A stretch of 64,000 nt of DNA from Polyangiaceae bacterium (GCA_033763455.1 JANRKO010000006.1:352001-416000); one strand, 5' to 3'; numbered from the stretch's first letter, positions 46,578 to 57,219 are shown. Translations and numbers: made by a program. Notes: generated by a model from the sequence alone, not told the origin.

Positions 46578-47660
46578 ATGAACCCCAGCGAACTCAAGCT
46601 TGTACCACTCACTTCCAAGGGGCACGTGTCCGTCGCCCGGCTCACGCAGTTCTGGTACCCGGTGTGCTTCGCACGGGAGCTCAAGAAGGGTCCGCTCGCG
46701 CGGCGGTTGTTCGGGACTCCGCTCGTGCTTTTTCGAGATGCGGCAGGCAAGCCAGCCACGCTTCTTGATCGGTGTCCTCACCGGAACGTGCCGCTTTCGC
46801 TCGGCCGGGTTGGAGAGCAAGGGCGCCTTACATGCCGTTACCACGGTTGGCAATTCGAAGGCAGTGGCGCGTGTGGTCTGGTCCCGGGACTCTTAGATCG
46901 TTCAGAAGCGAAAGCGCGCCGAGTCCCGAGCTTTGCCACCCTAGAGCAGGATGGCCTGATCTGGGTCTATGCAATGCCCGATCAAGAGCCCCGAACAAGC
47001 CCGTTTGCATTCCCGAGCTTCACGGAGGGTGGCTACGCCCACGTTCGGCGAGCCGTGGAAGCGGAAGGCACACTCCACGCAACCTTGGAGAACGCGCTAG
47101 ATGTTCCGCACACGGCGTTTCTGCATCGAGGTCTCTTCCGCGGAGGTGAGCCGCATAAAATCCTGGCCCACGTTCGGCGGACGCCCGAGCGCGTTGAGAT
47201 CGAATATTCAGGTGAACCAAAACCAACCGGGCTGGTCGCACAGCTGCTCTCCCCAAGCGGCGGAGTCGTCCAACACTGGGATCGCTTCATTCTCCCTTCG
47301 GTGGCTCAGGTGGAATATCGGCTGGGAACCGAAAATCACTTCTTGGTGACGGCGGTTGGCTCTCCGATCGACGATTTCCACACACGGCTTTTCGCTACAG
47401 CGAGCTTTCGAACTCGGGTGCCCGCGCGCCTGTTGCGCCCGATCCTGGAGCCGTTTGCGCTTCGAATTTTTGGGCAAGATGCTGCCATTTTGAAGGCGCA
47501 GTCCGCGGTGATTCGTGAATTCTCGGGTGAGCAATTTATGTCTACAGCTATTGACCTCATGGGGCCCCAAATGTGGAGGCTGATGCGCCAGGCCGAACGT
47601 GGGGAGCGGGCAGAGGTCGAGGATCAGGCCATCCTGCATCAGGTGGAGTTTCTCGCGTAG
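46578..47660 (+). CDS. Rieske non-heme iron oxygenase alpha subunit (VanA-like)
   Basis: DRCPHR...CRYHGWQF Rieske motif; ENALDVPHTAFLH iron motif. Confidence 0.92.
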   Translation: MNPSELKLVPLTSKGHVSVARLTQFWYPVCFARELKKGPLARRLFGTPLVLFRDAAGKPATLLDRCPHRNVPLSLGRVGEQGRLTCRYHGWQFEGSGACGLVPGLLDRSEAKARRVPSFATLEQDGLIWVYAMPDQEPRTSPFAFPSFTEGGYAHVRRAVEAEGTLHATLENALDVPHTAFLHRGLFRGGEPHKILAHVRRTPERVEIEYSGEPKPTGLVAQLLSPSGGVVQHWDRFILPSVAQVEYRLGTENHFLVTAVGSPIDDFHTRLFATASFRTRVPARLLRPILEPFALRIFGQDAAILKAQSAVIREFSGEQFMSTAIDLMGPQMWRLMRQAERGERAEVEDQAILHQVEFLA

Positions 47661-47696
47661 TGCACTTTAGGCGCCTTGTGGTAAGGCCCCTTCGAC

Positions 47697-48224
47697 ATGG
47701 ATGTTTCAAGCTCTGCTGATGCGGTACGAAGTCGATGGATCATCTGGAGCCTCACGGCCATCGTATTTGTCGGCGTCGCCGCCGTCATGTTTGGGCGCCC
47801 TCCATCCATTGAGCGCTCTGTGCCAACGTCGCTTGCCACGCTCAATGCGTGCCTCAACGGAATGGCAACTATCTGCTTGTGCGTCGGCTTCTGGTGCATT
47901 CGCCAAAAACGCATCGCCGCTCATCGGGCTTGCATGCTCGCCGCGTTCTTGATTTCCTGCATGTTTCTCGTAACGTACCTATTGCATCACGCCCAGGTGG
48001 GGTCGGTTCGTTATCAAGGGGTTGGATGGGTGCGGGCAATCTACTTTGGGCTCTTGATACCGCATGTGGTTCTTGCAGGGCCCGTCGTGCCGCTCGCGCT
48101 TTTCACGCTTTATCGCGGCTGGACCCAGCGAATCGCCGCCCACCGCGCCATTGCGCGCATCACCCTGCCCATTTGGCTGTTTGTGTCGGCGAGCGGGGTC
48201 GTGATTTACTTCATGTTGTACTGA
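47697..48224 (+). CDS. DUF420 membrane protein
   Basis: LNACLNG, HRACML, FLVTYL, HRAIARITLPIWLFVSASGVVIY. Confidence 0.88.
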   Translation: MDVSSSADAVRSRWIIWSLTAIVFVGVAAVMFGRPPSIERSVPTSLATLNACLNGMATICLCVGFWCIRQKRIAAHRACMLAAFLISCMFLVTYLLHHAQVGSVRYQGVGWVRAIYFGLLIPHVVLAGPVVPLALFTLYRGWTQRIAAHRAIARITLPIWLFVSASGVVIYFMLY

Positions 48225-48256
48225 AGTTGGGCTTGAGAACGGAGTCGGAGTTAGGC

Positions 48257-48706
48257 GTGCGTGCCGTCGTTCAGCGAGTGCTTTCAGCCAAGGTTACGGT
48301 TGCCACCGAAACGGTGGGCGAAATCGGGGCGGGGCTCTGTGTGTTGGTGGGGGTCGCCGCAGGTGACACACAGCGCGATGCCGAGCAGTTGGCGCTGAAG
48401 GTGGCCAACCTGCGCATTTTCGAGGATGAGTCCGGGAAAATGAACCTTTCCGCGCGTCAGCTTGGGCACCAACTTCTGGCTGTATCCCAGTTTACTTTGT
48501 TGGGGGACACCCGGCGTGGCAATCGACCCGGTTTTTCTGAGGCGATGGAGCCCGGCCAGGCCAAAGAGCTATTCGGCGCGTTCTGCGAGGGGTGCCGAAA
48601 GGTGGGGCTCGCTGTGGAAACGGGGCGTTTTCAGGCGCACATGCAGGTAGCACTCGTTAACGACGGCCCTGTCACTCTCTTGGTGGACACCCAGCGCGTG
48701 TTTTGA
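48257..48706 (+). CDS. dtd: D-aminoacyl-tRNA deacylase
   Basis: MRAVVQRV, LRIFEDESGKMN, SQFTL, NDGPVT. Confidence 0.96.
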   Translation: MRAVVQRVLSAKVTVATETVGEIGAGLCVLVGVAAGDTQRDAEQLALKVANLRIFEDESGKMNLSARQLGHQLLAVSQFTLLGDTRRGNRPGFSEAMEPGQAKELFGAFCEGCRKVGLAVETGRFQAHMQVALVNDGPVTLLVDTQRVF

Positions 48707-48724
48707 TTTACACAGGAACAGCGC

Positions 48725-49033
48725 ATGCCCCGAATCGTTTTTATTGCGACTCGCATCGGTCACGAGAAGACCGTAGAAACCGACGGTGGCGAATTGCTGG
48801 ATATCTGCGATCAGTACCTCGCACCTATCCCGTTCTCTTGCCGCTCAGCTAGCTGTGGCACCTGCCACATCCATGTCACCGAAGGTCAAGATTTGCTGGA
48901 ACCCCCCGAAGCGGCGGAAAGCGAACTCCTCGAGCTTTTGGGTAATCTGCCGAACCATCGTTTAGCGTGCCAAGCGCGTGTAAAAGACGAACCCGGTACG
49001 ATCGTAATCCGGCCCGTGTTGGGTACGATCTAG
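48725..49033 (+). CDS. 2Fe-2S ferredoxin
   Basis: FSCRSASCGTC...RLACQ. Confidence 0.93.
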   Translation: MPRIVFIATRIGHEKTVETDGGELLDICDQYLAPIPFSCRSASCGTCHIHVTEGQDLLEPPEAAESELLELLGNLPNHRLACQARVKDEPGTIVIRPVLGTI

Positions 49034-49101
49034 TATCTTTCGAGCGTGCCGCGAGGGTGCAACAGGGGAGGTTGCCGCGCTTGGGGCCTCGTCGTCTCGT
49101 C

Positions 49102-51000
49102 TTATCGATAACGAATAGGCGAAGTTGCCGCGCTTGGTGGTTCATCGTCGCCAATGGAAGCGTTTTGGGCGTCGGTGAGGCCGTAGCCGAGGCTGCCGTT
49201 GAGGTTCACGCCCCAGCAGCGAATGTCGCCGTTCTCAAGCAACGCACAGGTGTGAATGCTGCCGGCAGCAATTCGAACCGCAAGGCCGCCGAGCGGCACA
49301 TCGCCGGCCGAGGGCGGCGCGTTGGAGGTGATGGCTGCGTTGCCGTAGCCCAAGTAACCGCGATCGTTGAGACCCCAGCAGCGCACCTTACCGTCGACCA
49401 AGAGCGCGCACGTGTGAAAACGGCCCGCAGCGAGCTGCTTTGTGGGCACGCCCACTTGCACAGGACCCGCTGTGAGGAGCGGAAAATCCGTAGATGTGCC
49501 CAGCGCGGTGATGCCGTTCACCGGGTCCGGATTGTACCCCAGTTGCCCGAACTGGTTGGAACCCCAACAGTACACCTGACCATCCATGCCATTGCCCTTG
49601 AGAAGCGCGCAGGTGTGGGCCTCGCCTTCGACGACTTGGGCCACTGTGGCACCACCGAGATCCACATTCGCAATGGCCGAAGGATCGGGCATGGCCGTGG
49701 TGCTCAACTGCCCCAATTGACCGCCGGTGTTTTCGCCCCAGCAGCGTAGCCCATCACCGAGCACAATGGCGCAGTTGTGCGTGGGCCCTGCACTCAATGA
49801 GAGCACCGGGCTGCCAATGGGAACCACTGTGGGCAGGGGGCCGTATTGCAGGCGTTGCTCATTCGAGCCGCGGTTAACACCCCAGCAATTGACGGAAGTG
49901 GCGCGCCTTACGCAGGTGTGGGTTCCTCCAGCAACGATCTGCTCGGAGGGGCCGCTAAAATTGACTACATAGCCTTGAAGCGGGATCTCGTTATCGCCAA
50001 TGTGTTCATAGTTACCGGTGCCGAGTTGACCGGAGTGGTTGGCACCCCAACAAATCACGTTTCCCCCAACCAGCCGCGCGCACGTGTGTAAGGTGCCCGC
50101 AGCTAGTTCCAGGGCAGGCGCGGGCAACTTGACGTCGCCGCCGCAGCCCGCGGGTTCATCGTCACCCAGACTGTTTTCGTTGCCGTAACCCAGGACTCCA
50201 AAACCACCATCTCCCCAGCAGCGCACCTGCCCTGTTTCCAGAAGCACGCAGGTGTGACCACCCCCAACGACAATATCTTTGGCCTTTCCCGCGGTAATTG
50301 GCTCGCAATTGGCCGCCAGCGGGGGCAGCGGAATGAGCCCGGCGGGCGGTTTCTCAAAGAGCCAGCGTTCTGGTTGGCAGACGTTGTTGGCGTTGCAGGT
50401 AAAACCCGCGGTGCAGTCGCGGGTGACATTGCACTGGCGACGGCATACGGCGCCGAGGCACACCAGCGGCGAGGCGCAGTCAGAATTGTAGCTGCAGGTT
50501 GCGCCTTCTGGTCCCTTTGGCAACGCGCCATCTGTAAGCTCGCTCTCATCAGCGCACGAGCCCGATGCGCAAACCTGGCCGGGTGCGCAGTCCCTCTCGG
50601 TCTGGCAAGCATTGCGGCAGAGCCCATCGCTAGCACAAACAAGCGGGTGTGCGCATTGGCTGTTGAAGGTGCACGCGGCCTCGTCCGGAAGCTGACAGAC
50701 GCGCAAAGGTGCTTCAGGGGCCACGACGCAGCGCGCGCCAGCTTTGCAATCCTTGCTGTCTACACATTGCTCATGGCAGCGCTCGAAGGCGCAGGCCAAC
50801 GGTGAACGACAGTCGGAGTTCAGCGTGCACCCACCAGTTAACTCCTGAGCTACCTTTTGGGCGGCTTGATCATCGCCGCATGCGCCTGGTCCCAACAGCA
50901 GGGACAAAAGGGCAAACAACGCGTAAGTTGCGCGCGGAGCGACGCGCCGAGCGCGGCTCCGGCCAAGCTCATTCAGGTTTGCGAAGGGAAGCACGACCAA
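49102..51000 (-). CDS. Cys-rich lipoprotein with RCC1/BLIP-II repeats
   Basis: PGAC lipobox; CxxNSDC repeats; repeated HTCA...VRCWG.N..GQLG. Confidence 0.9.
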   Translation of the reverse strand: MVVLPFANLNELGRSRARRVAPRATYALFALLSLLLGPGACGDDQAAQKVAQELTGGCTLNSDCRSPLACAFERCHEQCVDSKDCKAGARCVVAPEAPLRVCQLPDEAACTFNSQCAHPLVCASDGLCRNACQTERDCAPGQVCASGSCADESELTDGALPKGPEGATCSYNSDCASPLVCLGAVCRRQCNVTRDCTAGFTCNANNVCQPERWLFEKPPAGLIPLPPLAANCEPITAGKAKDIVVGGGHTCVLLETGQVRCWGDGGFGVLGYGNENSLGDDEPAGCGGDVKLPAPALELAAGTLHTCARLVGGNVICWGANHSGQLGTGNYEHIGDNEIPLQGYVVNFSGPSEQIVAGGTHTCVRRATSVNCWGVNRGSNEQRLQYGPLPTVVPIGSPVLSLSAGPTHNCAIVLGDGLRCWGENTGGQLGQLSTTAMPDPSAIANVDLGGATVAQVVEGEAHTCALLKGNGMDGQVYCWGSNQFGQLGYNPDPVNGITALGTSTDFPLLTAGPVQVGVPTKQLAAGRFHTCALLVDGKVRCWGLNDRGYLGYGNAAITSNAPPSAGDVPLGGLAVRIAAGSIHTCALLENGDIRCWGVNLNGSLGYGLTDAQNASIGDDEPPSAATSPIRYR

Positions 51001-51009
51001 GAACTCGCC

Positions 51010-51759
51010 TTATTGGTTGCAGCCCAGGGGCTCGCTCGAGCTGGCTCCAGCAGCACCGGCGGCACCGGCCGCGAAACCCGGGGTGCAGCGACAGCCACGG
51101 CACTCGAACGTTGGAAAACAGTCGATGCTCGCTCGGCACTCAACTCGGCATTGGCCATCGACGCAAGCGAGGGGTATGGGGCAGTCGGAATTGTAAACGC
51201 AGGGTGTGCCACTGCCGGCGGTGAGCTGCTCAGGAAGCTTGCCAAGGGTCAGCTCACTTTGTTCGGCGCAGCTCCCGGTGGCGCAGGCCTGACCCTTCAG
51301 GCAATCCCGATCGGTCTTGCATTGATCGCGACACTGGCCGTCGACTGCGCACAGCTGGCCCATCGGGCACTGACTGTTGAATGTGCAAGATTTTTCCTCC
51401 TCCAGTTGGCACACCGCCACTGGACGATCGGCGGCGACGCAACGTTGCCCTGGATCGCAATCCTTGGAGTCCGCGCATTCAACGTGGCAGCGCCGAAATG
51501 CGCACACGAGCTTGCCGTCGCAGTCGCTGTTGATCAGGCAGCCCTCCGAGAGCTTCGCTGCGGTGATCGCAGCGGCATCGGAGTTGCCCGAGCAGCCACC
51601 CATTTGTGAAACGAGCAACCCACCTCCTAGTGCCATCACTAGGAAGCGCGGGTAGCGGCGAACAAAGAACAACGACGACGAAAGCGCGGCAATCAGCATG
51701 AGGCTAACCAGCCTCTTACCACCCCGAGAGCTCACAAGGAAAGGCGGGCCCTTCCACAT
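51010..51759 (-). CDS. Cys-rich lipoprotein, paralog of the N-terminal half of the downstream gene
   Basis: GGC lipobox; GCLINSDC..CAFRRCHVECADSKDC...CTFNSQC aligns with 49102-51000. Confidence 0.82.
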   Translation of the reverse strand: MWKGPPFLVSSRGGKRLVSLMLIAALSSSLFFVRRYPRFLVMALGGGLLVSQMGGCSGNSDAAAITAAKLSEGCLINSDCDGKLVCAFRRCHVECADSKDCDPGQRCVAADRPVAVCQLEEEKSCTFNSQCPMGQLCAVDGQCRDQCKTDRDCLKGQACATGSCAEQSELTLGKLPEQLTAGSGTPCVYNSDCPIPLACVDGQCRVECRASIDCFPTFECRGCRCTPGFAAGAAGAAGASSSEPLGCNQ

Positions 51760-51846
51760 CTTATCCGGACAAGCCGCGCCGAATGAAGGGGAGGCGCCAA
51801 GGCGCCTAATGAGTGACCTTCTTACAGCCTACTGCGAACGTCCCAA

Positions 51847-52188
51847 TCAGGGCTCGCTCGGGTCACGATCGCGGTGTTCGTTCCAGTGCGTCTTGGCCGC
51901 ATTGTAAACGGCCCGAACCGCCTCCGTGCGCTCTTCATCACTCACTGCGCGCATGCCACGCTTGATAAGATCTGGAACTATGAATTGATCTACCCGGGCC
52001 CGAGACTCGCTCATCGTGCCCGGCCAGGCGCCCGCTGCCGCTCGGCCCTGCCGATGCAGCTCTTCCCGGCTCAACCGCGCCCACTCGATCCCCAGGGTCG
52101 ACGCCCTTCGATCCAAGAATGACTGCCGACGGTTGTTGGTGTTGGGCCGCTTGGGCTGGCCCTCTGTTGTGATGATTCGAGTTGACAT
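51847..52188 (-). CDS. Small hypothetical protein
   Basis: ATG at 52188, MSTRIITTEG...AAGAWPGTMSESRARV...AVYNAAKTHW. Confidence 0.65.
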   Translation of the reverse strand: MSTRIITTEGQPKRPNTNNRRQSFLDRRASTLGIEWARLSREELHRQGRAAAGAWPGTMSESRARVDQFIVPDLIKRGMRAVSDEERTEAVRAVYNAAKTHWNEHRDRDPSEP

Positions 52189-52419
52189 GTTGTACTCTAT
52201 GGCTTCGACACCCCACCTGGTCTCGAATGCCGGGACGCTTCTTAACCTGTATGGGGCGGAAAGTCTTAACAAAAGCGAAGCTTGGAAGCGGTTATTCTGG
52301 GGGAAAATGAAGCCTGACTGTCTTTGGGTGCACCGCCCCCGTCCGACCGGGTGAGCGAGCGGGTACTCCGGGCGGCGAAACAGCGACCCATCAACCCCCA
52401 GCCACGCTAAGACCTTCCC

Positions 52420-53241
52420 GTGATTTCGCAGAATCAGCACGATGCACCACCCGTAATTGTGGCAATTGGCGGGTCCGACCCGAGTGGGGGCGCGGGTATT
52501 CAGGCCGACATCAAGACGATCACCGCTTTCGGGGGTTATGCGGCGGCTGTCATCACGGCGCTCACCGTCCAAAATACGGTCGGGATTTCCGATGTGCTGG
52601 CCATTGACCCCCATTTTGTCGGCCAGCAGCTTGAGGCAGTACTGACGGATTTGCCCGTAGCCGCCATCAAGATCGGCATGCTCCACAGTGCCGAGGTGGT
52701 GCGTGAGGTTGCCGCCATCCTCGAGAGCCTAGCCTTTGGCATCCCGGTCATCCTGGATCCGGTGGTTCTCTCCTCCAGCGGTACGCCACTTTTGGATAAC
52801 ACCGGGATTCGCTCGCTTTGCCAAAGGTTATTGCCGCTGTCGGCACTCATTACCCCCAACCTGCCGGAAGCTCAGCTGTTAACAGGTGTCAAAATTGATG
52901 GGGAGGATGATTTCGGTCGTGCCTGTGACCACTTGTTGGCAGCTGGGGCATCTGCTGTTTTGATCAAAGGGGGGCACCTTCCGGGAGCCTTGGTCGTGGA
53001 TTACCTGCGGATGGGTGACGGCACCGAGCAGCGCTATGAGGCTACGAAGTTGGAGTCTCGCTCCACCCACGGAACGGGCTGTACCCTGGCGTCTGCGATT
53101 GCGACTTTGATAGGGGAGGGGCGTACTCTTTCGGACGCCGTTTACCAGGCGCAACGGTTTGTTCATCAAGCAATTTTGGATGCGGTGCCCATGGGCCGCG
53201 GTGTCGGGCCTCTCAACCACGTGTGTCGTCACCACCGCTAG
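52420..53241 (+). CDS. thiD: Hydroxymethylpyrimidine/phosphomethylpyrimidine kinase
   Basis: GGSDPSGGAGIQADIKT, KIGML, DPV, TPNLPEA, KGGH, THGTGCTLASA. Confidence 0.97.
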   Translation: MISQNQHDAPPVIVAIGGSDPSGGAGIQADIKTITAFGGYAAAVITALTVQNTVGISDVLAIDPHFVGQQLEAVLTDLPVAAIKIGMLHSAEVVREVAAILESLAFGIPVILDPVVLSSSGTPLLDNTGIRSLCQRLLPLSALITPNLPEAQLLTGVKIDGEDDFGRACDHLLAAGASAVLIKGGHLPGALVVDYLRMGDGTEQRYEATKLESRSTHGTGCTLASAIATLIGEGRTLSDAVYQAQRFVHQAILDAVPMGRGVGPLNHVCRHHR

Positions 53242-54113
53242 GTGGGCGGGTGCGACACGCGAGCTCGGCCGCGCGCGAGCTGAGCGAGTTCCTCAAGCCG
53301 CTGCGCTGACGCTAGATGGTCGAGATTGAAGGGGAAATCGTTGCGTACACCGCGTGCGTAACTCGAGAGTTGATCGGGATCCGCGTTTGGGATGCGCAGC
53401 AAAGCCCGACGCAATTGAGCCGCAAGCTCTTCGGTGCAAAGAGCACTCATGGCTCGCAGCAGCTGAAGTGAGAAGCTGAACCACGCCGCGTTACTGGTGC
53501 CTTCGGCGAGCCTTAGGCCAAACTCCACCGCTTTTTCGCACGTGTTTCCGTCAACCTTAACACCGCTTTGCAGGCTCGTTAAGACACGCTTGAGGTGGCT
53601 GGCGAGCAACATCTCCGCCTCGCCCATACGGCCATCGGCGAGCGCCCGTTCGGCAACCTGACCTACAAGCTCAAGCGCACCAGCCTGACGTGTCGAATCA
53701 CTGTGGGCGCGACCGCCTGAAAAAGAAACGTTCGCCTCGCGCTCGTCTTCCGATCCGGTACCTAGGCTTCGATGCCCGCGTGTGGCCTCCGAGATCTCTA
53801 TGGTTTGGTCGATGCGTGCGGCGCCGACGACAAGCTCAAGCTCACGATGACCGATGCGGAGCTTATCGCCTGGCTTAAGCACGCGCGTGCCAAAGATGCG
53901 CTGACCGTTCACCAGAACCCCGTTCACGCTGTCCAGATCTTTAACGATCGCCGTTTCGCCGGCGACGCGCAGCTCCGCGTGCCGTCGGGATACCAGGGGC
54001 CCATCTATCACGAGGTTGCAAAGCGGGCTGCGTCCGATCACGTAGTTGCCCAAGCCAAGTGCGAGATCTTGTCCGCCGCTGCGCAGGTAGATGGTGGTTT
54101 TCGGTAGTGCCAA
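53238..54113 (-). CDS. FHA domain protein
   Basis: IGRS...VSRRHA...DLDSVNGVLVNG. Confidence 0.88.
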   Translation of the reverse strand: MALPKTTIYLRSGGQDLALGLGNYVIGRSPLCNLVIDGPLVSRRHAELRVAGETAIVKDLDSVNGVLVNGQRIFGTRVLKPGDKLRIGHRELELVVGAARIDQTIEISEATRGHRSLGTGSEDEREANVSFSGGRAHSDSTRQAGALELVGQVAERALADGRMGEAEMLLASHLKRVLTSLQSGVKVDGNTCEKAVEFGLRLAEGTSNAAWFSFSLQLLRAMSALCTEELAAQLRRALLRIPNADPDQLSSYARGVRNDFPFNLDHLASAQRLEELAQLARGRARVSHPPT

Positions 54114-54284
54114 GCTGACTCGATCCTCGTGAGCCCGGGCGGCTCCCCTCGGCCTGCAGGGCGGCAGAGGTCTGGTTTCCTAGCAAACACGAACGAGCAA
54201 TTTTCGGCTGGCTTTAGCCCTTGAGCGTGTATTCGTGGCGTTTAGTTGGCGAGTGTCCCAAGATGAGCCGAGCTCAGAGGCAAC

Positions 54285-55601
54285 ATGACGCGACGAACCT
54301 CGAAAGGCCTGGTGCTTGTAGTGCTCGCGGGCTTGGCTAGCTTGAACCGAGCATGTGCGTCGGATGCCGACTCCCTGGGTGTAAGTGTGTCTTTGGCGGG
54401 GGCCGCCGGACAGATGAATCTTCCACGTCCAATTCGGGGAGCGGGCGGAACTCGTATGGCCTCGTTGGGGGGAGCGACCAACTCGCTTCCGGAGGCACCC
54501 CGCCGCGCGCCTGAGCCCGCGGGAGCTTCGGTTGTGACCTTCCTGCACGGCGTGGCGGACGCCCCCAACGTTGCATTGTGCTTCTCCAAGGACAGTGCGG
54601 ACGGGCAAGTGTCACTTTCTGAACGCCCCTGGCCGACGGGTGGGATGGCTTTTGGAGCAAGTGAGCGACTGGACGCTCCTGCAGGTCTCGACGTTGACAA
54701 AGAAACGCTGGTTGCTGTCCTCGTTGCTGGCGAATCGAACCTCTTGGAAAGCACGACGTGTGCAGAGGTGAACGCCCTCTTGGCTGTTGGCGGCGGGTTA
54801 AACCAAAAGGTTTACGACCCATCGGTAGCTGCAGCGGACGCCGCGTTTGCGGGCGCGGCCGGAACAGCAGGATCCTCGGGGGCGGGCGCAACAGCTGGCG
54901 CCTATGGGATGGGTGGGACGAGCGGCGCCTCAGGGCAAACTGGTTCAGGTGGCGCCTTGGGCGTGGGCGGGCAGTTGGGAGGCGGGGGAGTGGCGGGCGC
55001 CGGAAACGAACCACGGGGTATTCGTGTGCGGCTGCTGGGAGGTTTGCCTAGTGGGACTTTTAGTGCATCCACAAGTTACCTGTTTGCCGCCACGGGATGT
55101 TTAGGTGCCCCCAACCACACCCATAAGCTTGAAGCTTTGGTATGTGGAGCTGGCTATACCCCCAAAACCAGCACACTCACGCCTCTCTTAGTTTCACTCA
55201 GCCGCATTACCACATTCAACGCTCCAGGCTTGCAGGTGGTGAATGGGAGCCTCGGCGAAAGTGAACTCTCCCTTTTGACCCAGCCAGGCCCGCTGAGCGT
55301 CCAGACGCCAGTTACCATTGTGAGCGGTCTTTCGTTCGGCACGATAGGGCCCTTCCCGCCGTACGCGCCCGCGCCCCCGACGGAATATTGGACGCCCGTA
55401 GGTGCAACGCTGCGTGTGGACAGCAATCAATTGGAAGTGATTTGGAAAAACCTGCTGCAGCGCTCAGGGATCGCCACCCTTGAGATTGCGAAAAATTACA
55501 GCGTGATCTTGGTGGGGCCAGCCCCAGCGGTGACCGAAGCTGGATGGTGGAACGCCGCCACGCTCAGCCTCATTGCCAACGACCCTCCGCCCGCAAAGTA
55601 A
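54285..55601 (+). CDS. Exported protein with Gly-rich linker (DUF4397-like)
   Basis: Signal peptide; VTFLHGVADAPNV motif; GAAG/GSGG linker. Confidence 0.7.
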   Translation: MTRRTSKGLVLVVLAGLASLNRACASDADSLGVSVSLAGAAGQMNLPRPIRGAGGTRMASLGGATNSLPEAPRRAPEPAGASVVTFLHGVADAPNVALCFSKDSADGQVSLSERPWPTGGMAFGASERLDAPAGLDVDKETLVAVLVAGESNLLESTTCAEVNALLAVGGGLNQKVYDPSVAAADAAFAGAAGTAGSSGAGATAGAYGMGGTSGASGQTGSGGALGVGGQLGGGGVAGAGNEPRGIRVRLLGGLPSGTFSASTSYLFAATGCLGAPNHTHKLEALVCGAGYTPKTSTLTPLLVSLSRITTFNAPGLQVVNGSLGESELSLLTQPGPLSVQTPVTIVSGLSFGTIGPFPPYAPAPPTEYWTPVGATLRVDSNQLEVIWKNLLQRSGIATLEIAKNYSVILVGPAPAVTEAGWWNAATLSLIANDPPPAK

Positions 55602-55612
55602 AGTGCCGAGGC

Positions 55613-56467
55613 CTAGTGGCGTAGCTGCACGTCGGCGAGCTTCGCTTTGACGTCGTTTAAGAAGGGCGAGTTGGGAAAGCGCCGGATGAACGAGCGGAGG
55701 GTCGTTTTGGCGTCATTGTAAGCCTCGATCTGGAGCTGAGTGTTCGCCAAAAGCAACGTGGCATCGTCCAGAATTTCTCTGTCCGGCGAGGATTCGGAAA
55801 GCTCAATCAGACTCGTGATGGCGTCTCGATGGTGGCCAAGCTGGGTGCGGGCGAGCGCGAGTTGATAAGTTGCCGACGGGCTGTGTGCGGCGTTGTCTTT
55901 GTAACGCAGCGATTCGAGCATCGCTTCTTCCGTTTCGTGCCAGCGCTGGTTTTGAGCGTGTTCGAGGCCGGCTTGATACGCTTGCAGCGAGAGCTGATTC
56001 TTCGCCTGTTCAGCGGCGTTTTGGAAAACCAAACGTTCGGTGGCCGTGAGGGCTAACGCGGAAACATCGGAGTAGCCGTCGATGATCTCCTTGTAGTTGC
56101 GCTGTTCGATCAAACGATAGAAGTCGAGCGCCAGGCGCCCAGCGCGGGTGGCCTTTTCCTCTCGGGCTTGAGCACCCTTCAGCTCCTTATCCATTTGCGT
56201 GACCGCATCGCGCGTGTCTTTGGTTTCGGCCCGCACTGCGTCGATTTTGAGGTCCCAAGCGAGCTTTACGGCCACCAGAATGACCAAGGTGGTCACTACG
56301 TAGGCTGTGGCCGTACTGAAGACGGCACGCCGCTCGGAGCCTTGCTGGCGCTTGGAAATGCTTTTTAGATCCGCGGCTAGCGCATTAACTAGGTTGTTCG
56401 TCTTGATCGAAAGGGAACGCCCCTCCACGATCTCGCGCTTGATTTCCTCCAGTTCGTACTCGTCCAT
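55613..56467 (-). CDS. Membrane-anchored coiled-coil/TPR protein (CpoB/BamD-like TPR)
   Basis: MDEYELEEIKREIVE, TM helix, C-terminal FIRRFPNSPF TPR. Confidence 0.82.
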   Translation of the reverse strand: MDEYELEEIKREIVEGRSLSIKTNNLVNALAADLKSISKRQQGSERRAVFSTATAYVVTTLVILVAVKLAWDLKIDAVRAETKDTRDAVTQMDKELKGAQAREEKATRAGRLALDFYRLIEQRNYKEIIDGYSDVSALALTATERLVFQNAAEQAKNQLSLQAYQAGLEHAQNQRWHETEEAMLESLRYKDNAAHSPSATYQLALARTQLGHHRDAITSLIELSESSPDREILDDATLLLANTQLQIEAYNDAKTTLRSFIRRFPNSPFLNDVKAKLADVQLRH

Positions 56468-56655
56468 GGCGTTGGAACCCTGCTCCCCCCGAGTATCCCT
56501 CCGAGGGCGGCCCCGCAAGCCAAGGCGTTCCAAAGGCCTAAATTGGGACTCGGCGGGCGCTTAAACCCCGATTTGCGGGGGGCAGCGCTGTTTTTGGCGC
56601 CCCAGCACCAGAACTTGGCTTTTTTCTCTAAGGCCTGTGCGCTATGAGGCGCCCC

Positions 56656-57219
56656 ATGGATACCAGCGACATCAAAAAAGGGCTCAAGCTCATGATGGAC
56701 GGTCAGCCTTACATTGTTACGGACTTTCAGTTCGTAAAGCCCGGCAAGGGGCAGGCTTTCACGCGCACGAAGCTTCGAAACATGCTCACGGGAAGCAACC
56801 TGGAGCGCAATATTCGGTCCGGTGAAAAGTTCGATCAGGCGGATGTAGAGGACAAGACCCTCCAATACATTTACCCCGAGGGCGATGCCTTCGTGTTCAT
56901 GAGCTCGGTGAGCGGTGAGCAGGTAAGCGTTCAGAAGGAAATTATCGGGGATGATGCGGACTTTCTGATCGACGGCATCGAAGTCACGATCACGATCTAC
57001 CAGGGAAATCCAGTAAGCGTGGCTCTGCCTCCCCATATTATCGTGCAGGTAACGTCCACCGAACCGGGCGTGAAGGGCGATACGGCCACCAACGTGACCA
57101 AACCCGCAACGGTGAGCACAGGTGCTACGGTCGCCGTCCCACTCTTCGTCGGCGAAGGCGACTGGATCCGCGTGGATACACGTACGCGCAGTTACTTGGA
57201 GCGCGCCAAAGCTCCCTGA
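56656..57219 (+). CDS. efp: Elongation factor P
   Basis: FVKPGKGQAFTRTK, TEPGVKGDTA, VPLFV, DTRT..YLER. Confidence 0.98.
   Translation: MDTSDIKKGLKLMMDGQPYIVTDFQFVKPGKGQAFTRTKLRNMLTGSNLERNIRSGEKFDQADVEDKTLQYIYPEGDAFVFMSSVSGEQVSVQKEIIGDDADFLIDGIEVTITIYQGNPVSVALPPHIIVQVTSTEPGVKGDTATNVTKPATVSTGATVAVPLFVGEGDWIRVDTRTRSYLERAKAP

Noticed and set aside
52200..52419. TPP riboswitch upstream of thiD
   Set aside because: The conserved CTGAGA and CCTGAT..TAAT elements are not present
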